Shown in pieces: positions 35,756-46,043 of a DNA stretch of 64,000 bases. The translations under genes were made by a program, and so were the position numbers. The notes below the pieces were generated by a model. The model was given only the letters and a program-made list of their open reading frames with translations. It made no database searches and was not told the origin of the DNA. The DNA comes from a virus, in IMG/VR virus record IMGVR_UViG_3300040801_003393, positions 1 through 64,000 of that record; one strand, written 5' to 3'. Within the stretch, counting starts at the first letter, position 1. Each line of letters begins with the position of its first letter.

Positions 35756-37509
35756 TAGTTGTTCTCGTATGTAGTAAAACCTGATTCTTTTACTACCCGC
35801 ATGGTATTATGAACTCGACTAATTAATTCGTCACGATGAGAGACCAGCCAAACTGACTTTCCACGGTCGCGAGTCATACGTTTAAGAATCTTAATAGCAG
35901 ACTCAACACCGCTAGTATCTAGGCCACTATCAACTAGTTCATCAATAAACAGCAAGTTGATATGGTTGTATAACGACTCCCATACGTCTCGGAACGCCCA
36001 TGAGAGTGATAGTATAAGCCTATTCCTCTCACCGCGAGATAAGTTATCAAAATCTAAGTCTCTACCTAAATCAGTAATTTCTACAGACAGGTCTGATAAG
36101 AATTTTACTTGATGTGGCAAACCAATCTCTTCTAGATAGTAACCTAATCTACCATTAAGATAGCTTAAATTTTGCTCAATAATCTTTTTACGAATAAAAG
36201 AATCCTTGCTAGTTAACAGGTTTAGCAAGAAGTTCTGATGCTCTTGTATTTCACTTAATCGATTTAGCTCGGTATAGTCAATTTCTTGTAATCCCTTTTT
36301 CCGCATATCTTCAATTTGTTCTTCATACGGATCGGTATCAGCTAATGCAACCTCAAGCTGGTGAGTTAATTTGTCAAGCGTATGCTTATGATCATAAACT
36401 TCAGTAATTGTAGAATAAATGGTTTTGGGCTTTTTACCTAGAACCCCAATCTCTGCAAGTCTTGCAATATGTTCTTCTTTTTGAGTTTCATTACTTAGGT
36501 ATTGTAATGCTTGCTTTGACAACTCTTCTTGTTTAGCAGCACGAATTTCTTCCTGTTTAGAATCGTGGATCTCTTGCCCGCAAGCGTGACACTTATGTTC
36601 TTCAATATGTTTTAGGTCATTCTCCAAAGAAAGTACACGTTTGTTAATATTTTCATTTTCGCGATCAATTTGTGATATCCATTTATTGCATTCATCAATT
36701 GCGGATTTGGATTTATTGTAATTTTCCAATGATTGATGTGCAAGTAGTTCCGCATCAATGTCTAGATCTATTAAATTTTCTAATTGTAATGTAATATGGT
36801 CAACGGTTTCTTTATTTTTAGCAATCCACATTTTCTGGCGTCTTTCTAAGGAAAGAATTTGCTCTTCAATATGTTGATTGGCCTTGATCGTTGCCTGTAA
36901 GCGGAATTCTTCTTCCTTGATTGCGTTTTTGGTTTCCTTGTTTAACTCTTTGAGTGCAACTGCTTTTTCTGATAGTATAGTAATACCGAGCAATTGCTCA
37001 ATGATATTTCTTTGATCATTGGTGCGCATTGACAAGAATGGCTCAGAATATGTGTTTAAAGCTAGAATATGCTTAAACATGTCGTGAGACATTTGCAGCA
37101 ATGCTTCGATTTCTCTCTGTGTGTCGCGACTATCTCCTTGTGCCTCGTCATCCTCATTACCTAATTCTACAGAATTTTTATAGAATTTGAATATAGCAGG
37201 CTTACGACCACGATGTATTTGGTATTCATCGTTGCCAATGGAGAAGTTAACGGTAATGAGCATGTTCTTACCGTTAGTCTTATTAATTAGATTGTCGCGT
37301 TTGATATTAGTTAACGCCTGCCCATATAGAGCATAACTTAAGGCATTTAGAATAGTAGTCTTACCGGTACCATTACGTGAACCGTCTGCTCCTAAATCTA
37401 AATTTTCACCTAACACAAGAGTTAAGTCGCCACGATCAAAATTTATTGATTGGGTGGCATTACCAACACTCATGAAGTTTTTTACAGTTAAATCTTTGAT
37501 ACGAATCAT
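35755..37509 (-). CDS. gp46: Recombination nuclease ATPase subunit (T4 gp46/SbcC/Rad50-like)
   Basis: KNFMSVG, Walker A NGTGKTT, zinc hook CHAC, signature LSRGE, Walker B LLFIDE, VSH. Confidence 0.95.
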   Translation of the reverse strand: MIRIKDLTVKNFMSVGNATQSINFDRGDLTLVLGENLDLGADGSRNGTGKTTILNALSYALYGQALTNIKRDNLINKTNGKNMLITVNFSIGNDEYQIHRGRKPAIFKFYKNSVELGNEDDEAQGDSRDTQREIEALLQMSHDMFKHILALNTYSEPFLSMRTNDQRNIIEQLLGITILSEKAVALKELNKETKNAIKEEEFRLQATIKANQHIEEQILSLERRQKMWIAKNKETVDHITLQLENLIDLDIDAELLAHQSLENYNKSKSAIDECNKWISQIDRENENINKRVLSLENDLKHIEEHKCHACGQEIHDSKQEEIRAAKQEELSKQALQYLSNETQKEEHIARLAEIGVLGKKPKTIYSTITEVYDHKHTLDKLTHQLEVALADTDPYEEQIEDMRKKGLQEIDYTELNRLSEIQEHQNFLLNLLTSKDSFIRKKIIEQNLSYLNGRLGYYLEEIGLPHQVKFLSDLSVEITDLGRDLDFDNLSRGERNRLILSLSWAFRDVWESLYNHINLLFIDELVDSGLDTSGVESAIKILKRMTRDRGKSVWLVSHRDELISRVHNTMRVVKESGFTTYENN

Positions 37510-37515
37510 TTAAAT

Positions 37516-37544
37516 AGTTTAACAAGATTTGTAATATAAGTCAA
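37516..37544 (-). promoter_or_regulatory. Sigma70-type promoter for gp46
   Basis: TTGACT-17nt-TAAACT, 6 nt before the ATG. Confidence 0.65.
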
Positions 37545-37546
37545 CA

Positions 37547-38560
37547 TTATAGAGCATTATAGATATCCATTAGTAATGCTGGTTTGAAATAATCACTTTC
37601 GATTGCTGCAATTTGTTCAGCAATAATTTTATCAACAGAATGGAATGATAATTCTTCCAAGTTATCATTTTCATGTTCTGTATTTTTTGAAGATATCAAA
37701 CTAATATCACGAAGGCTATGCTTTGTATGGAAGGTTTCCTTTATGAAGATTGCCTCTTCGTACGAAACACCAATATCTAAATGAACACGAACACTCATTT
37801 TTGGTTTTAGAATTTCGTCACCACGATCTAATAATTCAGAAAGAGTAGTTACAACATATAGTGGTTGGTTTGGCCAAGCATGAAACTCTGGTTGTTTATC
37901 CCATTCTAAAATCATACAACCGCGTTTATCGTCACCGGCGTCGGAGAAGTTATGTGGAAAGGCATTGCCGATGTAGGTAATATTCTCTCGATGTTGTCGC
38001 ATATGGAAGTGACCAGAAAATACATGTTCCACGCCACCTAACTGCTCAGTTTGAATGGTTCCGTGGTCTGGCATTTCTATTAGACTGTTTAGTTTGAAGT
38101 GTGGTAGCTCAAAATGACCAAACATGTACTTGGCCTTAATTTTCACTAGCTTCTTATAGTCGTCGCCAACGAGCCACGGAACAATCGAAACGTTACCGTG
38201 GTTAAACCAGTCGTTAACAATAGTAATATTGGGAAGATGTTTGGCCCATTCCACACCATGTATGTCACGCTTATCACGATAATAGAGGTCGTGGTTACCG
38301 GGGATGAAATAGAAATTTTCAAATGCTGCATTTAACTTTTCCAGGCTGCGTAAACTATAACTTAATGTTTGTAGATTGATAGATGCTCGATGGTGATGCC
38401 AGTCACCTAGGAACATACCGGTTTCGCAATCATGTTCTCTTGCTGTTTGTATAACCCAATCAACAAACTCTTCGCAATCCTGATTATGATTTATAGAATT
38501 TGATTTGAGACCAAAGTGGATGTCGGTAAACACTATCGCTTTTTTAAATAAATTATTCAT
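37547..38560 (-). CDS. gp47: Recombination nuclease subunit (T4 gp47/SbcD/Mre11-like)
   Basis: DIHFG, LGDWHH, GNHD, GHFE and SGHFH metallophosphoesterase motifs; start placed at MNNLFKK. Confidence 0.95.
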   Translation of the reverse strand: MNNLFKKAIVFTDIHFGLKSNSINHNQDCEEFVDWVIQTAREHDCETGMFLGDWHHHRASINLQTLSYSLRSLEKLNAAFENFYFIPGNHDLYYRDKRDIHGVEWAKHLPNITIVNDWFNHGNVSIVPWLVGDDYKKLVKIKAKYMFGHFELPHFKLNSLIEMPDHGTIQTEQLGGVEHVFSGHFHMRQHRENITYIGNAFPHNFSDAGDDKRGCMILEWDKQPEFHAWPNQPLYVVTTLSELLDRGDEILKPKMSVRVHLDIGVSYEEAIFIKETFHTKHSLRDISLISSKNTEHENDNLEELSFHSVDKIIAEQIAAIESDYFKPALLMDIYNAL

Positions 38561-38568
38561 ATTTTCAC

Positions 38569-38597
38569 AGTATAACAAATTGCAAATCTAAATTCAA
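38569..38597 (-). promoter_or_regulatory. Sigma70-type promoter for gp47
   Basis: TTGAAT-17nt-TATACT; the -35 overlaps the upstream gene's TGA. Confidence 0.6.
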
Positions 38598-40105
38598 CCG
38601 CCCATTGCTCGATATATTTCTGCATGACTATCTGAGAAACATTGGTTTCGGCGAATATCGAGTTTTTTACAATGTTCTAAAAATTGTAAACCATCTGATC
38701 CAGGCGAGTTCAACACCCTGTTTGAAAGTTGACGTAGCTCTTTGTCATTATGGTTTGCATATTTCTGAACTATAAGTTTCTTGGCCTGCTCGGTTGCGTA
38801 ATCGATACACAAAAATGTCGGATCCTCTAAGTACCACCACAAAATGTCAAGATTGGTTTCGTGGCTTAAATCAATTATATCATCGAGATAAAGTATATTT
38901 TGTAAATTAATAGTAGCAGCCAATTTTACTTTCACGGTATCTGACCTCAATGATGCAAATTTTTTTATATTTTCGTATATTACGCTCCAAGTGCCACCTC
39001 GTTCAATTTCAAATCGTTCATTGACGTTATCTACACTTAATAGAAATTCTGCGGCTTGAAAATAATGTACTATTTTAGTTATAACCGACTCTGGATATAT
39101 ACTACAGTTAGTGTTAACTTCAAGTGTAATTTCGTTTGAAATACCCTCATCAATTAGCCGGTCGATGATTGTATCAAACTTTGGGTATAAAAATGGCTCA
39201 CCCCCGAGAATATGCAAGAAGTTCAAATGTCTTAACTCTAAAATAGATTCTATAAAGTTTGATGACTGTTGTAAATTGCTTGTCTCTTTAATTAAGGTCC
39301 TTAACTTATTCTTTTCATTTTCGCTTGGTGCAAATTTTATTTCCTCAGAGGCAATTTGTGTGCTGGATCTTGGATCACATATACGACATTTAAAGTTGCA
39401 TAATGATGACGAGGACCAAGTCAAATCTCTAACCTGAACATTGTCTATCCAGCCTCGGTCTAATAAGTCTCCGTATTTTTGCATTGAGAGCTGTCGAAGG
39501 CTACTGGTTCCTTGCGATTCACTTTGCCAACAAATTGAACAGCCAGAAGGTTTTTGCCCACTAAGCAGTTGGTTCCGCAAATTTTCAAAATCTTTTCCTT
39601 TAAAGATTTTATCAAGAGATTCGTGATAAATGTTTCCAAATGATTCATTGAATCTACAACAAGGTTTTACGTTGCCGTTTGTTGAAACTTGTGCTTGAGA
39701 AAATGGCATCGCACATAATGTTTCTACATTATAAAAATTTGTATTACCAAAGGGCTTTGAATATTCAATTTGAACCTGCAATGATTGCATAGGCTCATGC
39801 CCAAACCCATATCTATCGTTAGCAACTTTTAACTCAGGTTGAAGACTGTATGGTGTAATAATTAAGATAAAAGGGGTACTAATATCAACCCGAGATATTG
39901 CACGGTGGATGTGATTTAAAAATTGTTGCTCGGGTTTGTATGCACTATACAAGATAATCCGATCATTGTTTTCAAAACGATCTTTATGAACAGAAATTAG
40001 TAAATCAAATATTGCACGATGCGTGTTTCGAAGATCAGCTAGATCAACAAAACAAAGTACGTTAAATTTTTGACTGACGAATGTTTTAAGATCGTCGATA
40101 GTCAT
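38594..40105 (-). CDS. Radical SAM protein with N-terminal twitch domain
   Basis: CAMPF...GNVKPCC...CSICW precedes CNFKCRIC, LGGEPF and NTN; an extra ~130-aa N-terminal domain is present. Confidence 0.9.
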   Translation of the reverse strand: MTIDDLKTFVSQKFNVLCFVDLADLRNTHRAIFDLLISVHKDRFENNDRIILYSAYKPEQQFLNHIHRAISRVDISTPFILIITPYSLQPELKVANDRYGFGHEPMQSLQVQIEYSKPFGNTNFYNVETLCAMPFSQAQVSTNGNVKPCCRFNESFGNIYHESLDKIFKGKDFENLRNQLLSGQKPSGCSICWQSESQGTSSLRQLSMQKYGDLLDRGWIDNVQVRDLTWSSSSLCNFKCRICDPRSSTQIASEEIKFAPSENEKNKLRTLIKETSNLQQSSNFIESILELRHLNFLHILGGEPFLYPKFDTIIDRLIDEGISNEITLEVNTNCSIYPESVITKIVHYFQAAEFLLSVDNVNERFEIERGGTWSVIYENIKKFASLRSDTVKVKLAATINLQNILYLDDIIDLSHETNLDILWWYLEDPTFLCIDYATEQAKKLIVQKYANHNDKELRQLSNRVLNSPGSDGLQFLEHCKKLDIRRNQCFSDSHAEIYRAMGG

Positions 40106-40113
40106 TGACTTTA

Positions 40114-41028
40114 TTATTCCTTAAGAAATCCATCGTCGTCTAGGTATTTTGCATCAGTATTATCATTTTCGAACTGGCGGGTCCAACTTGGAGTTAAACC
40201 ATTTGCCTCTAAAATATCGTCACGAATGTTTTGCATTTTCTTTTCAACTATTAAAACTCGGGTAAACGAATTAGTAACAACAGCCGTATAGTATGCAAAT
40301 GGATTCTGGCTTTTTGCTTCATTAAATTGTAAGCCAATTTGCGATAATTGTAGTAGAGCCTGTCCAATCATCTCGTCATTATAAGTATACCCACGCCAGT
40401 TTGATCGAGTAGCATATCTTTCGCATAGCTTAATATACATCATGGCTAGGTTAGACGTTGTCTTACCGTGAGATTTACAAAAGTGTCCGGAGGTTAAATC
40501 ACCTTTCCAGTGACTTTTCCCTACAATATAAGGCTCCCCACTTTCGTTTACACGGTAATGGAAAAATGGTGGAAATCCGCACCGCAACGGAACTAATTCT
40601 GCATCGTTAAGATCTGCCCAAGCCTTCAATTCTGATTGAGAAAGATTGCGTACATCTTCATCTAAGAGTTCATCGGTATCTTCATCTAAGAGTTCATCGA
40701 ATATTTGATTTGTTTTTGCTTTCTTGAGTTTAACCTTTTTCTTTGGAACTAGTGGTATATGTTCCTCGGTCATCACCCTAAATACAACATCGGTGTCGGC
40801 AATATCTTTAAGTTTAATCTCAGTTTCGAGTTCTTTACCTAATCGTGCTGCCCTAGCCTTTCTTGCTTCCAGAATGCGTGTTTTATTGATTTTTTTAACA
40901 TCGTCAATGATAATATCGTATTGATGATCGTTTATTGGATCACGAAACGAGCAATATGTATTTTTGCTTAAATGAATTTCTCGTAGCATATCTTTATTAT
41001 TAAGATAATTGATGCGTCGTTTAGTCAT
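40114..41028 (-). CDS. gp55: Late transcription sigma factor (T4 gp55-like)
   Basis: NYLNNKDM...NWRGYTYNDEM...FNEAKSQNPFAYYT...SFTRVL..EKK; AGAGGA RBS before ATG 41028. Confidence 0.85.
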   Translation of the reverse strand: MTKRRINYLNNKDMLREIHLSKNTYCSFRDPINDHQYDIIIDDVKKINKTRILEARKARAARLGKELETEIKLKDIADTDVVFRVMTEEHIPLVPKKKVKLKKAKTNQIFDELLDEDTDELLDEDVRNLSQSELKAWADLNDAELVPLRCGFPPFFHYRVNESGEPYIVGKSHWKGDLTSGHFCKSHGKTTSNLAMMYIKLCERYATRSNWRGYTYNDEMIGQALLQLSQIGLQFNEAKSQNPFAYYTAVVTNSFTRVLIVEKKMQNIRDDILEANGLTPSWTRQFENDNTDAKYLDDDGFLKE

Positions 41029-41055
41029 AATTCCTCTTATAATTACAATAGAATT

Positions 41056-41084
41056 ATTATAGTACATAATTCCGATGATGTCAA
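41056..41084 (-). promoter_or_regulatory. Perfect-consensus sigma70 promoter for gp55
   Basis: TTGACA-17nt-TATAAT. Confidence 0.85.
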
Positions 41085-41118
41085 CAGATTATTGATAATA
41101 TTGGGTTATTTTGATTTG

Positions 41119-41126
41119 AATAAATA
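41119..41126 (+). promoter_or_regulatory. Late promoter for the baseplate operon (AATAAATA)
   Basis: Upstream of the TAAGGT RBS and ATG 41151. Confidence 0.6.
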
Positions 41127-41150
41127 TTGCAATAAGGTAATTGTATTTAC

Positions 41151-42512
41151 ATGGCAACTGACGCAGAAAAATTAAACAATGCAATTGTTCAAAGAAGACT
41201 TTACATAGAAAGTCAACAACGCCACGGCGGGGGATATAGCGGAAAAACTGCTGACGAAATATACAGTTCACCAGAATATAAGTCGCTAACAGAACAAGTT
41301 GAAATAGCTCGTCGCGAATACCTTTCTAGCAGAGGCAACGCCAATGGGCCTGCTATTGCTGATAATTCAACAACAACAGGCAATACGGGTATATCCGAAT
41401 CAGAATTTTCCAACTTACAAACCACCGTAACGGAACGGCCTGCGCTTAACGTACAAACCTTTGCTGCAACAGAACCGGCTCCATTTAGAGGTGTAGAGAT
41501 TGGTCCTGATGGCAGCCCAATAGCCAATTCAGATGTAGACCCAGCATTACTTGGAATCGATACATCGTCGCCGTTAGGTGATTTGACGGGAGATTTTGAA
41601 AATCTAGAATTTGCCGGGCAAGACGCCGACGGAAATGATATCTTAAATGTATTGCCCGGGTCAACGGTAATCAACCCACCACCAGAACCAGAACCAGTTG
41701 AACCATATTGGGAAGATTGGCGAGTTAGGTTAAGTCTAGGGCCATCTGCTAAAATTTTATACAAAACAGAGGATCCCACCGAAGCCGGGATCCTATATCC
41801 ATTGCGTGAAACCAACGGTCTTATTTTTCCGTACACTCCAAATATTGCAATTCAATATTCAGCTAATTATGAAAATTATGATCTAACACACAGCAATTAT
41901 CGTGGATATTTTTATAGAAATTCAGTGGTACAGAACATTCTTATTACTGCAACAATGACCGCACAAGATACACAAGAAGCAAACTATTTACTAGCTTCTT
42001 TGCATTTTTTAAGATCATGTACGAAAATGTTCTATGGGCAAGATATTCAACGAGGTATGCCTCCACCGGTGGTATTTTTGCATGGGTTAGGTGAATATCA
42101 TTTTCGCAACCACCCTTGCGTAATAACTAATGTTACATATAATTTACCGAATGATGTAGATTATATTCCGGCTGGAGTACCTTCGACTGTCGTCCCGACA
42201 AATAGATTCCAGCAAGGTAGTGCGGCCCATTCGGGACACATGTCGTGGAGTGGAAAGTTGACAAGGTTAATAGGCTCGGGTCTTCGAGAAGGCGGCGAAA
42301 AAGGAACAGGAACGCAACCAAACGGTGCACCAACACAAAGTCCTGATGATTTGGCTCAATTAACTAAAATTTACGAAGGCAAGACCTATGTACCTACAAA
42401 GATTGATCTAAACTTTACAATGTTGCCAATTCAGACGCGTGATCAGGTTAGTAATGAATTCTCGTTAAAAGATTATGCAAACGGCAAACTACTCAAGAAG
42501 GGGTTCTGGTAA
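41151..42512 (+). CDS. Baseplate/tail-tube-junction-like structural protein
   Basis: First gene of the baseplate operon; DWRVRLSL...GLIFPYTP...HFLRSCTKMFYG...PPPVV core after a long low-complexity N-terminus. Confidence 0.6.
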   Translation: MATDAEKLNNAIVQRRLYIESQQRHGGGYSGKTADEIYSSPEYKSLTEQVEIARREYLSSRGNANGPAIADNSTTTGNTGISESEFSNLQTTVTERPALNVQTFAATEPAPFRGVEIGPDGSPIANSDVDPALLGIDTSSPLGDLTGDFENLEFAGQDADGNDILNVLPGSTVINPPPEPEPVEPYWEDWRVRLSLGPSAKILYKTEDPTEAGILYPLRETNGLIFPYTPNIAIQYSANYENYDLTHSNYRGYFYRNSVVQNILITATMTAQDTQEANYLLASLHFLRSCTKMFYGQDIQRGMPPPVVFLHGLGEYHFRNHPCVITNVTYNLPNDVDYIPAGVPSTVVPTNRFQQGSAAHSGHMSWSGKLTRLIGSGLREGGEKGTGTQPNGAPTQSPDDLAQLTKIYEGKTYVPTKIDLNFTMLPIQTRDQVSNEFSLKDYANGKLLKKGFW

Positions 42513-42811
42513 TGGCTACATATAGATCAACAAGTGCGTATTCAGACACGCCATTGAATGGTTTCTATTTAGATACAATGGTGAATCGACCTATTCCAAA
42601 ATTTGCCGACGACGTTATTTTTACTATTAATCAAACGTATGAGTATAGGCCAGATTTGTTAGCATATGACTTATACAATGATGCTGATTTATGGTGGGTC
42701 TTTGCCCAACGCAACCCAAATGTATTAATTAACCCGTTATTAGATTTTAAGGTAGGTGTTACTATTTTTGTACCAAAACTAACTACATTACGATCAGTAT
42801 TAGGATTCTAA
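42512..42811 (+). CDS. Baseplate wedge subunit (gp53-like, LysM-like)
   Basis: YRPDLLAYDLY....LWWVFAQRN motif. Confidence 0.75.
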   Translation: MATYRSTSAYSDTPLNGFYLDTMVNRPIPKFADDVIFTINQTYEYRPDLLAYDLYNDADLWWVFAQRNPNVLINPLLDFKVGVTIFVPKLTTLRSVLGF

Positions 42812-42812
42812 T

Positions 42813-45800
42813 ATGGCTGTCGGAAAGTTATCGAGCCCAGCGCAACAAAAATTAAAAGAGGCCATTGCAGCCCGAGAGTCTGGCGGCGCAGGTGACTTAC
42901 GTGCGGTCAATGATTTGAATTATATTGGAAGGTACCAATTTGGCGCCGCTGCATTAGAAGATACCGGATATTTAAAACCAAATGCAAGTAAAGGCGGCAA
43001 TAAATCAATCTATAATCAAACAAACTGGACCGGCAAAGATAATGTAACTAGTGTTGACAAGTTTTTAACAAACGAAGCCGCTCAAGAAAATGCAATGGAT
43101 TCGTTGTTATCGTTAAATTATCAGAGAGGTGCCAAGCTGGGTGTTATTAATGCAGACACTAGCCCTGAGGTATTGGGCGGCTTTTTATCAGCAGCTCACT
43201 TAGGCGGCGCCGGCAATGCTGCAAACTTCTTTAAGAATGGCGCTACATTTAGAGATGCATTCGGAACAAACATTGCCGAGTATGCAAAAATAGGATCAAC
43301 AGCCGTACGATCGGCGCAACAATCGTTGTCAAATTTAGTAGCGCCGCCACCAACATCAGCAGCATTAGATTTAGTAGACCCAAGAACCCCCGAGCAAATT
43401 GTAGAAGACGAAGCGAATCTAATAGACCCGCCACCTCTTGTTCCACGCACAGTTAACAGTGACGATAGCGGAGTAATGCGAATTGGAGTTAGAGGAGGGG
43501 AAGATCTAGGCTGCAAAGACTCCAGGCTTGCAAGTAGTCAACTTGCTTATGATCGCAACGAATGTCCCGAGCCAGACGTATTTGAAGTTCCGTTTTCCCC
43601 AACTCCTAATAGATTCAAAGCATTTAACACTATGACATATTCCGTTAGCCTATATATCTTAGGGCAAGAAGAATATAAACGGATGATGGCAACTGGTAAA
43701 AAATCAGTTAAAGACTTAGTATTGTTTATGCAAAGTGGTGGTATATCAAATACCCCGGGCGACGAATATAATTTTGGCGCTAAACGATCAAAACATTTTC
43801 CGCAAGATTTTTATATAGATAATTTGCAATTAAAAGGGCTAGTGTCAGGTACAGCAACCAACGCTGCACATAATGTATTTGAGATGAATTTTACGGTTAC
43901 TGAACCGGCTGGGTTAACGTTTCTAGAACGACTTCAGGCAATGATTCATGATTATCAACAAGAACTAGCACAAAAACGAGGGATGCCATTTGAATCTAAT
44001 CAGGTAAATTATGCAGCACAAACATATTTGGCTGTAATACGATTTTATGGTTATGATAAAGAAGGAAATCAGATCTCTGGCAAGGATTTAGAAACTGGAG
44101 AAACATTAAGCGATTCGGTTGCTATTGCTGAAAAATTTATTCCTTTTATGTTTACAAATATTACTTTTCGACTATCTTCCGACAAGGTAGAGTATTCATG
44201 TACCACCGTCTGTCCAAATAGTATGACGCCTTTAGATTTTACGCATGCCAGAATCCCGTTTAATGCATCCTTTCAAGGAAACACAGTTAAAGATATACTA
44301 GTTGGCAAATCTGCAACCAATGGAAACGCGGTGCAAGGGCTAACTGAAATGTTAAACGAGCATCAAAAAAAGTTAGCTAAAGATAACAAGTATGAGCATC
44401 ACGACATTTACGAGATACATTTTGAAAACGACATTGGTTTAGACACTGCAACAGTCATGCAACCCGGCTCTACTAGAGCAGAGCGTACCGGCTTTGCAAG
44501 TATTGATAACGCCACAGAAAGTTTATTAAATGACAGGTTGCAAAAAAAGTTAAGAAATTACGAAGTACGGTCTGGGATGAGTATAGTTCAATTTATAGAT
44601 TTGGTACTGAGAACCAGTTCATATATTACCGAACAGTACGAACAGCCTATAGATGAAAATACCGGCGAGCCAATGGTTGGCAATAGTAAATCTAAATATC
44701 TTAAATGGTATAAAATTAATACCGAAGTGGAATTATTAGATTTTGATAAGATTCGTAATGATTATGCTTACAAAATTAAGTATGTCATTACGCGATATAA
44801 GGTTGATAGTGTTTCAAGCCCATATTTTTCTCAATTTAATAAAGAATGTTTTGGTATTCACAAAGAATATAATTTCTGGTTTACCGGGCTTAACACTGAA
44901 GTATTAAATTTCCATCAAGATTATAACTATCTATGGTATACGTCGATTGCAGTAAAAACTGATCCTAAGATTATGGAAAAGAATATGAATAATCTAAGGT
45001 CTGTTCAGCGCCGATTTTTCGAAACTAATTCAATTATGAACGACCAGGGCGGTGAAAACAAATCTGCCGAAGGCGCAGCAAATGCCGCTAGTGAGTTGTA
45101 TAGTCCGGGAGATCAAGCAACTGCAAGATTTGAAATAGTTGGTGACCCAGATTTCATTTGTCAAAGCGAGATTTTTTATGGACCTTTACAACGATTAAAT
45201 TCTCCATCGCCGCATGCACCATTTATGCCCGACGGGTCAGTGAATTATGATTCGTCGGAAGTATTTTTTACTATAAATTATAATACAGTAGTTGACTATG
45301 ACTTATCGACTGGGTTAGCAGATGTTAACCAAAATAATTTAGGCAGGGATTTAACAACCGGAAAACCGGGTTTGTCAAAACATAGTTTCGTTTACAGAGC
45401 GAATGTAGTGACGAGCCAATTCGAAGGCGGGAAATTTACGCAGGTACTCGAAGGGACCATGATGTTTGTTCCACCAGAATGTTTGGTTGCAATAAAATCA
45501 GAATCAGTGACTAACAGAGAGGACGATGCTAGCAACACAACCGCAGAGCTATCTGGGAAATTAAATAACCCGGCCTTAAAGGTCGATTCGTTGTCTGAAT
45601 CAGACACACGACTCAAATATCCGTCGGATGCAACTGATTTGACAGATTTGACTGCAACAAACACAAACATAACAATGTCAAACGATCTTGTCATTAACAA
45701 CGGAATTGCAAGCGACACTCCACGATTAACGAAGGCCAATAACGACAGTTTAACAGTGCCGACCGCATACACGCCAACAGCTCAAGATAAGGCGAGCGCA

Positions 45801-45971
45801 ACCGAGTTATTGCAACAGGCCAGCCAGGTGGAAAGTGCCGCTAATAGGATAGCTGAAATAGACAGAAGCATAGGTGTCGATCCAAATAATGATCCTGCGT
45901 ATATTCAAGGCTTGCAATCAGCAGCAAGAATGCGTAGACGAGCTCAAGAAATATTGAGAGGGATGGCATAA
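42813..45971 (+). CDS. Baseplate hub-like protein with N-terminal lysozyme-like (lytic transglycosylase) domain
   Basis: IAARESGG...YIGRYQFG...AAHLGG N-terminus; C-terminal FEIVGDPDF and QFEGGKFTQVLE motifs; positioned before gp5. Confidence 0.7.
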   Translation: MAVGKLSSPAQQKLKEAIAARESGGAGDLRAVNDLNYIGRYQFGAAALEDTGYLKPNASKGGNKSIYNQTNWTGKDNVTSVDKFLTNEAAQENAMDSLLSLNYQRGAKLGVINADTSPEVLGGFLSAAHLGGAGNAANFFKNGATFRDAFGTNIAEYAKIGSTAVRSAQQSLSNLVAPPPTSAALDLVDPRTPEQIVEDEANLIDPPPLVPRTVNSDDSGVMRIGVRGGEDLGCKDSRLASSQLAYDRNECPEPDVFEVPFSPTPNRFKAFNTMTYSVSLYILGQEEYKRMMATGKKSVKDLVLFMQSGGISNTPGDEYNFGAKRSKHFPQDFYIDNLQLKGLVSGTATNAAHNVFEMNFTVTEPAGLTFLERLQAMIHDYQQELAQKRGMPFESNQVNYAAQTYLAVIRFYGYDKEGNQISGKDLETGETLSDSVAIAEKFIPFMFTNITFRLSSDKVEYSCTTVCPNSMTPLDFTHARIPFNASFQGNTVKDILVGKSATNGNAVQGLTEMLNEHQKKLAKDNKYEHHDIYEIHFENDIGLDTATVMQPGSTRAERTGFASIDNATESLLNDRLQKKLRNYEVRSGMSIVQFIDLVLRTSSYITEQYEQPIDENTGEPMVGNSKSKYLKWYKINTEVELLDFDKIRNDYAYKIKYVITRYKVDSVSSPYFSQFNKECFGIHKEYNFWFTGLNTEVLNFHQDYNYLWYTSIAVKTDPKIMEKNMNNLRSVQRRFFETNSIMNDQGGENKSAEGAANAASELYSPGDQATARFEIVGDPDFICQSEIFYGPLQRLNSPSPHAPFMPDGSVNYDSSEVFFTINYNTVVDYDLSTGLADVNQNNLGRDLTTGKPGLSKHSFVYRANVVTSQFEGGKFTQVLEGTMMFVPPECLVAIKSESVTNREDDASNTTAELSGKLNNPALKVDSLSESDTRLKYPSDATDLTDLTATNTNITMSNDLVINNGIASDTPRLTKANNDSLTVPTAYTPTAQDKASATELLQQASQVESAANRIAEIDRSIGVDPNNDPAYIQGLQSAARMRRRAQEILRGMA

Positions 45972-46043
45972 TGACAGGACAAATTGCAAGTGATGTTTTT
46001 GATAGCATTGAAGTAACACTAACTAACATAGATGATTTAACAA

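Noticed and set aside
20408-41067. Longer upstream starts given by the track (20408, 21346, 22570, 38578, 41067)
   Set aside because: They run through promoter elements or divergent genes; downstream ATGs fit RBS/promoter spacing better.
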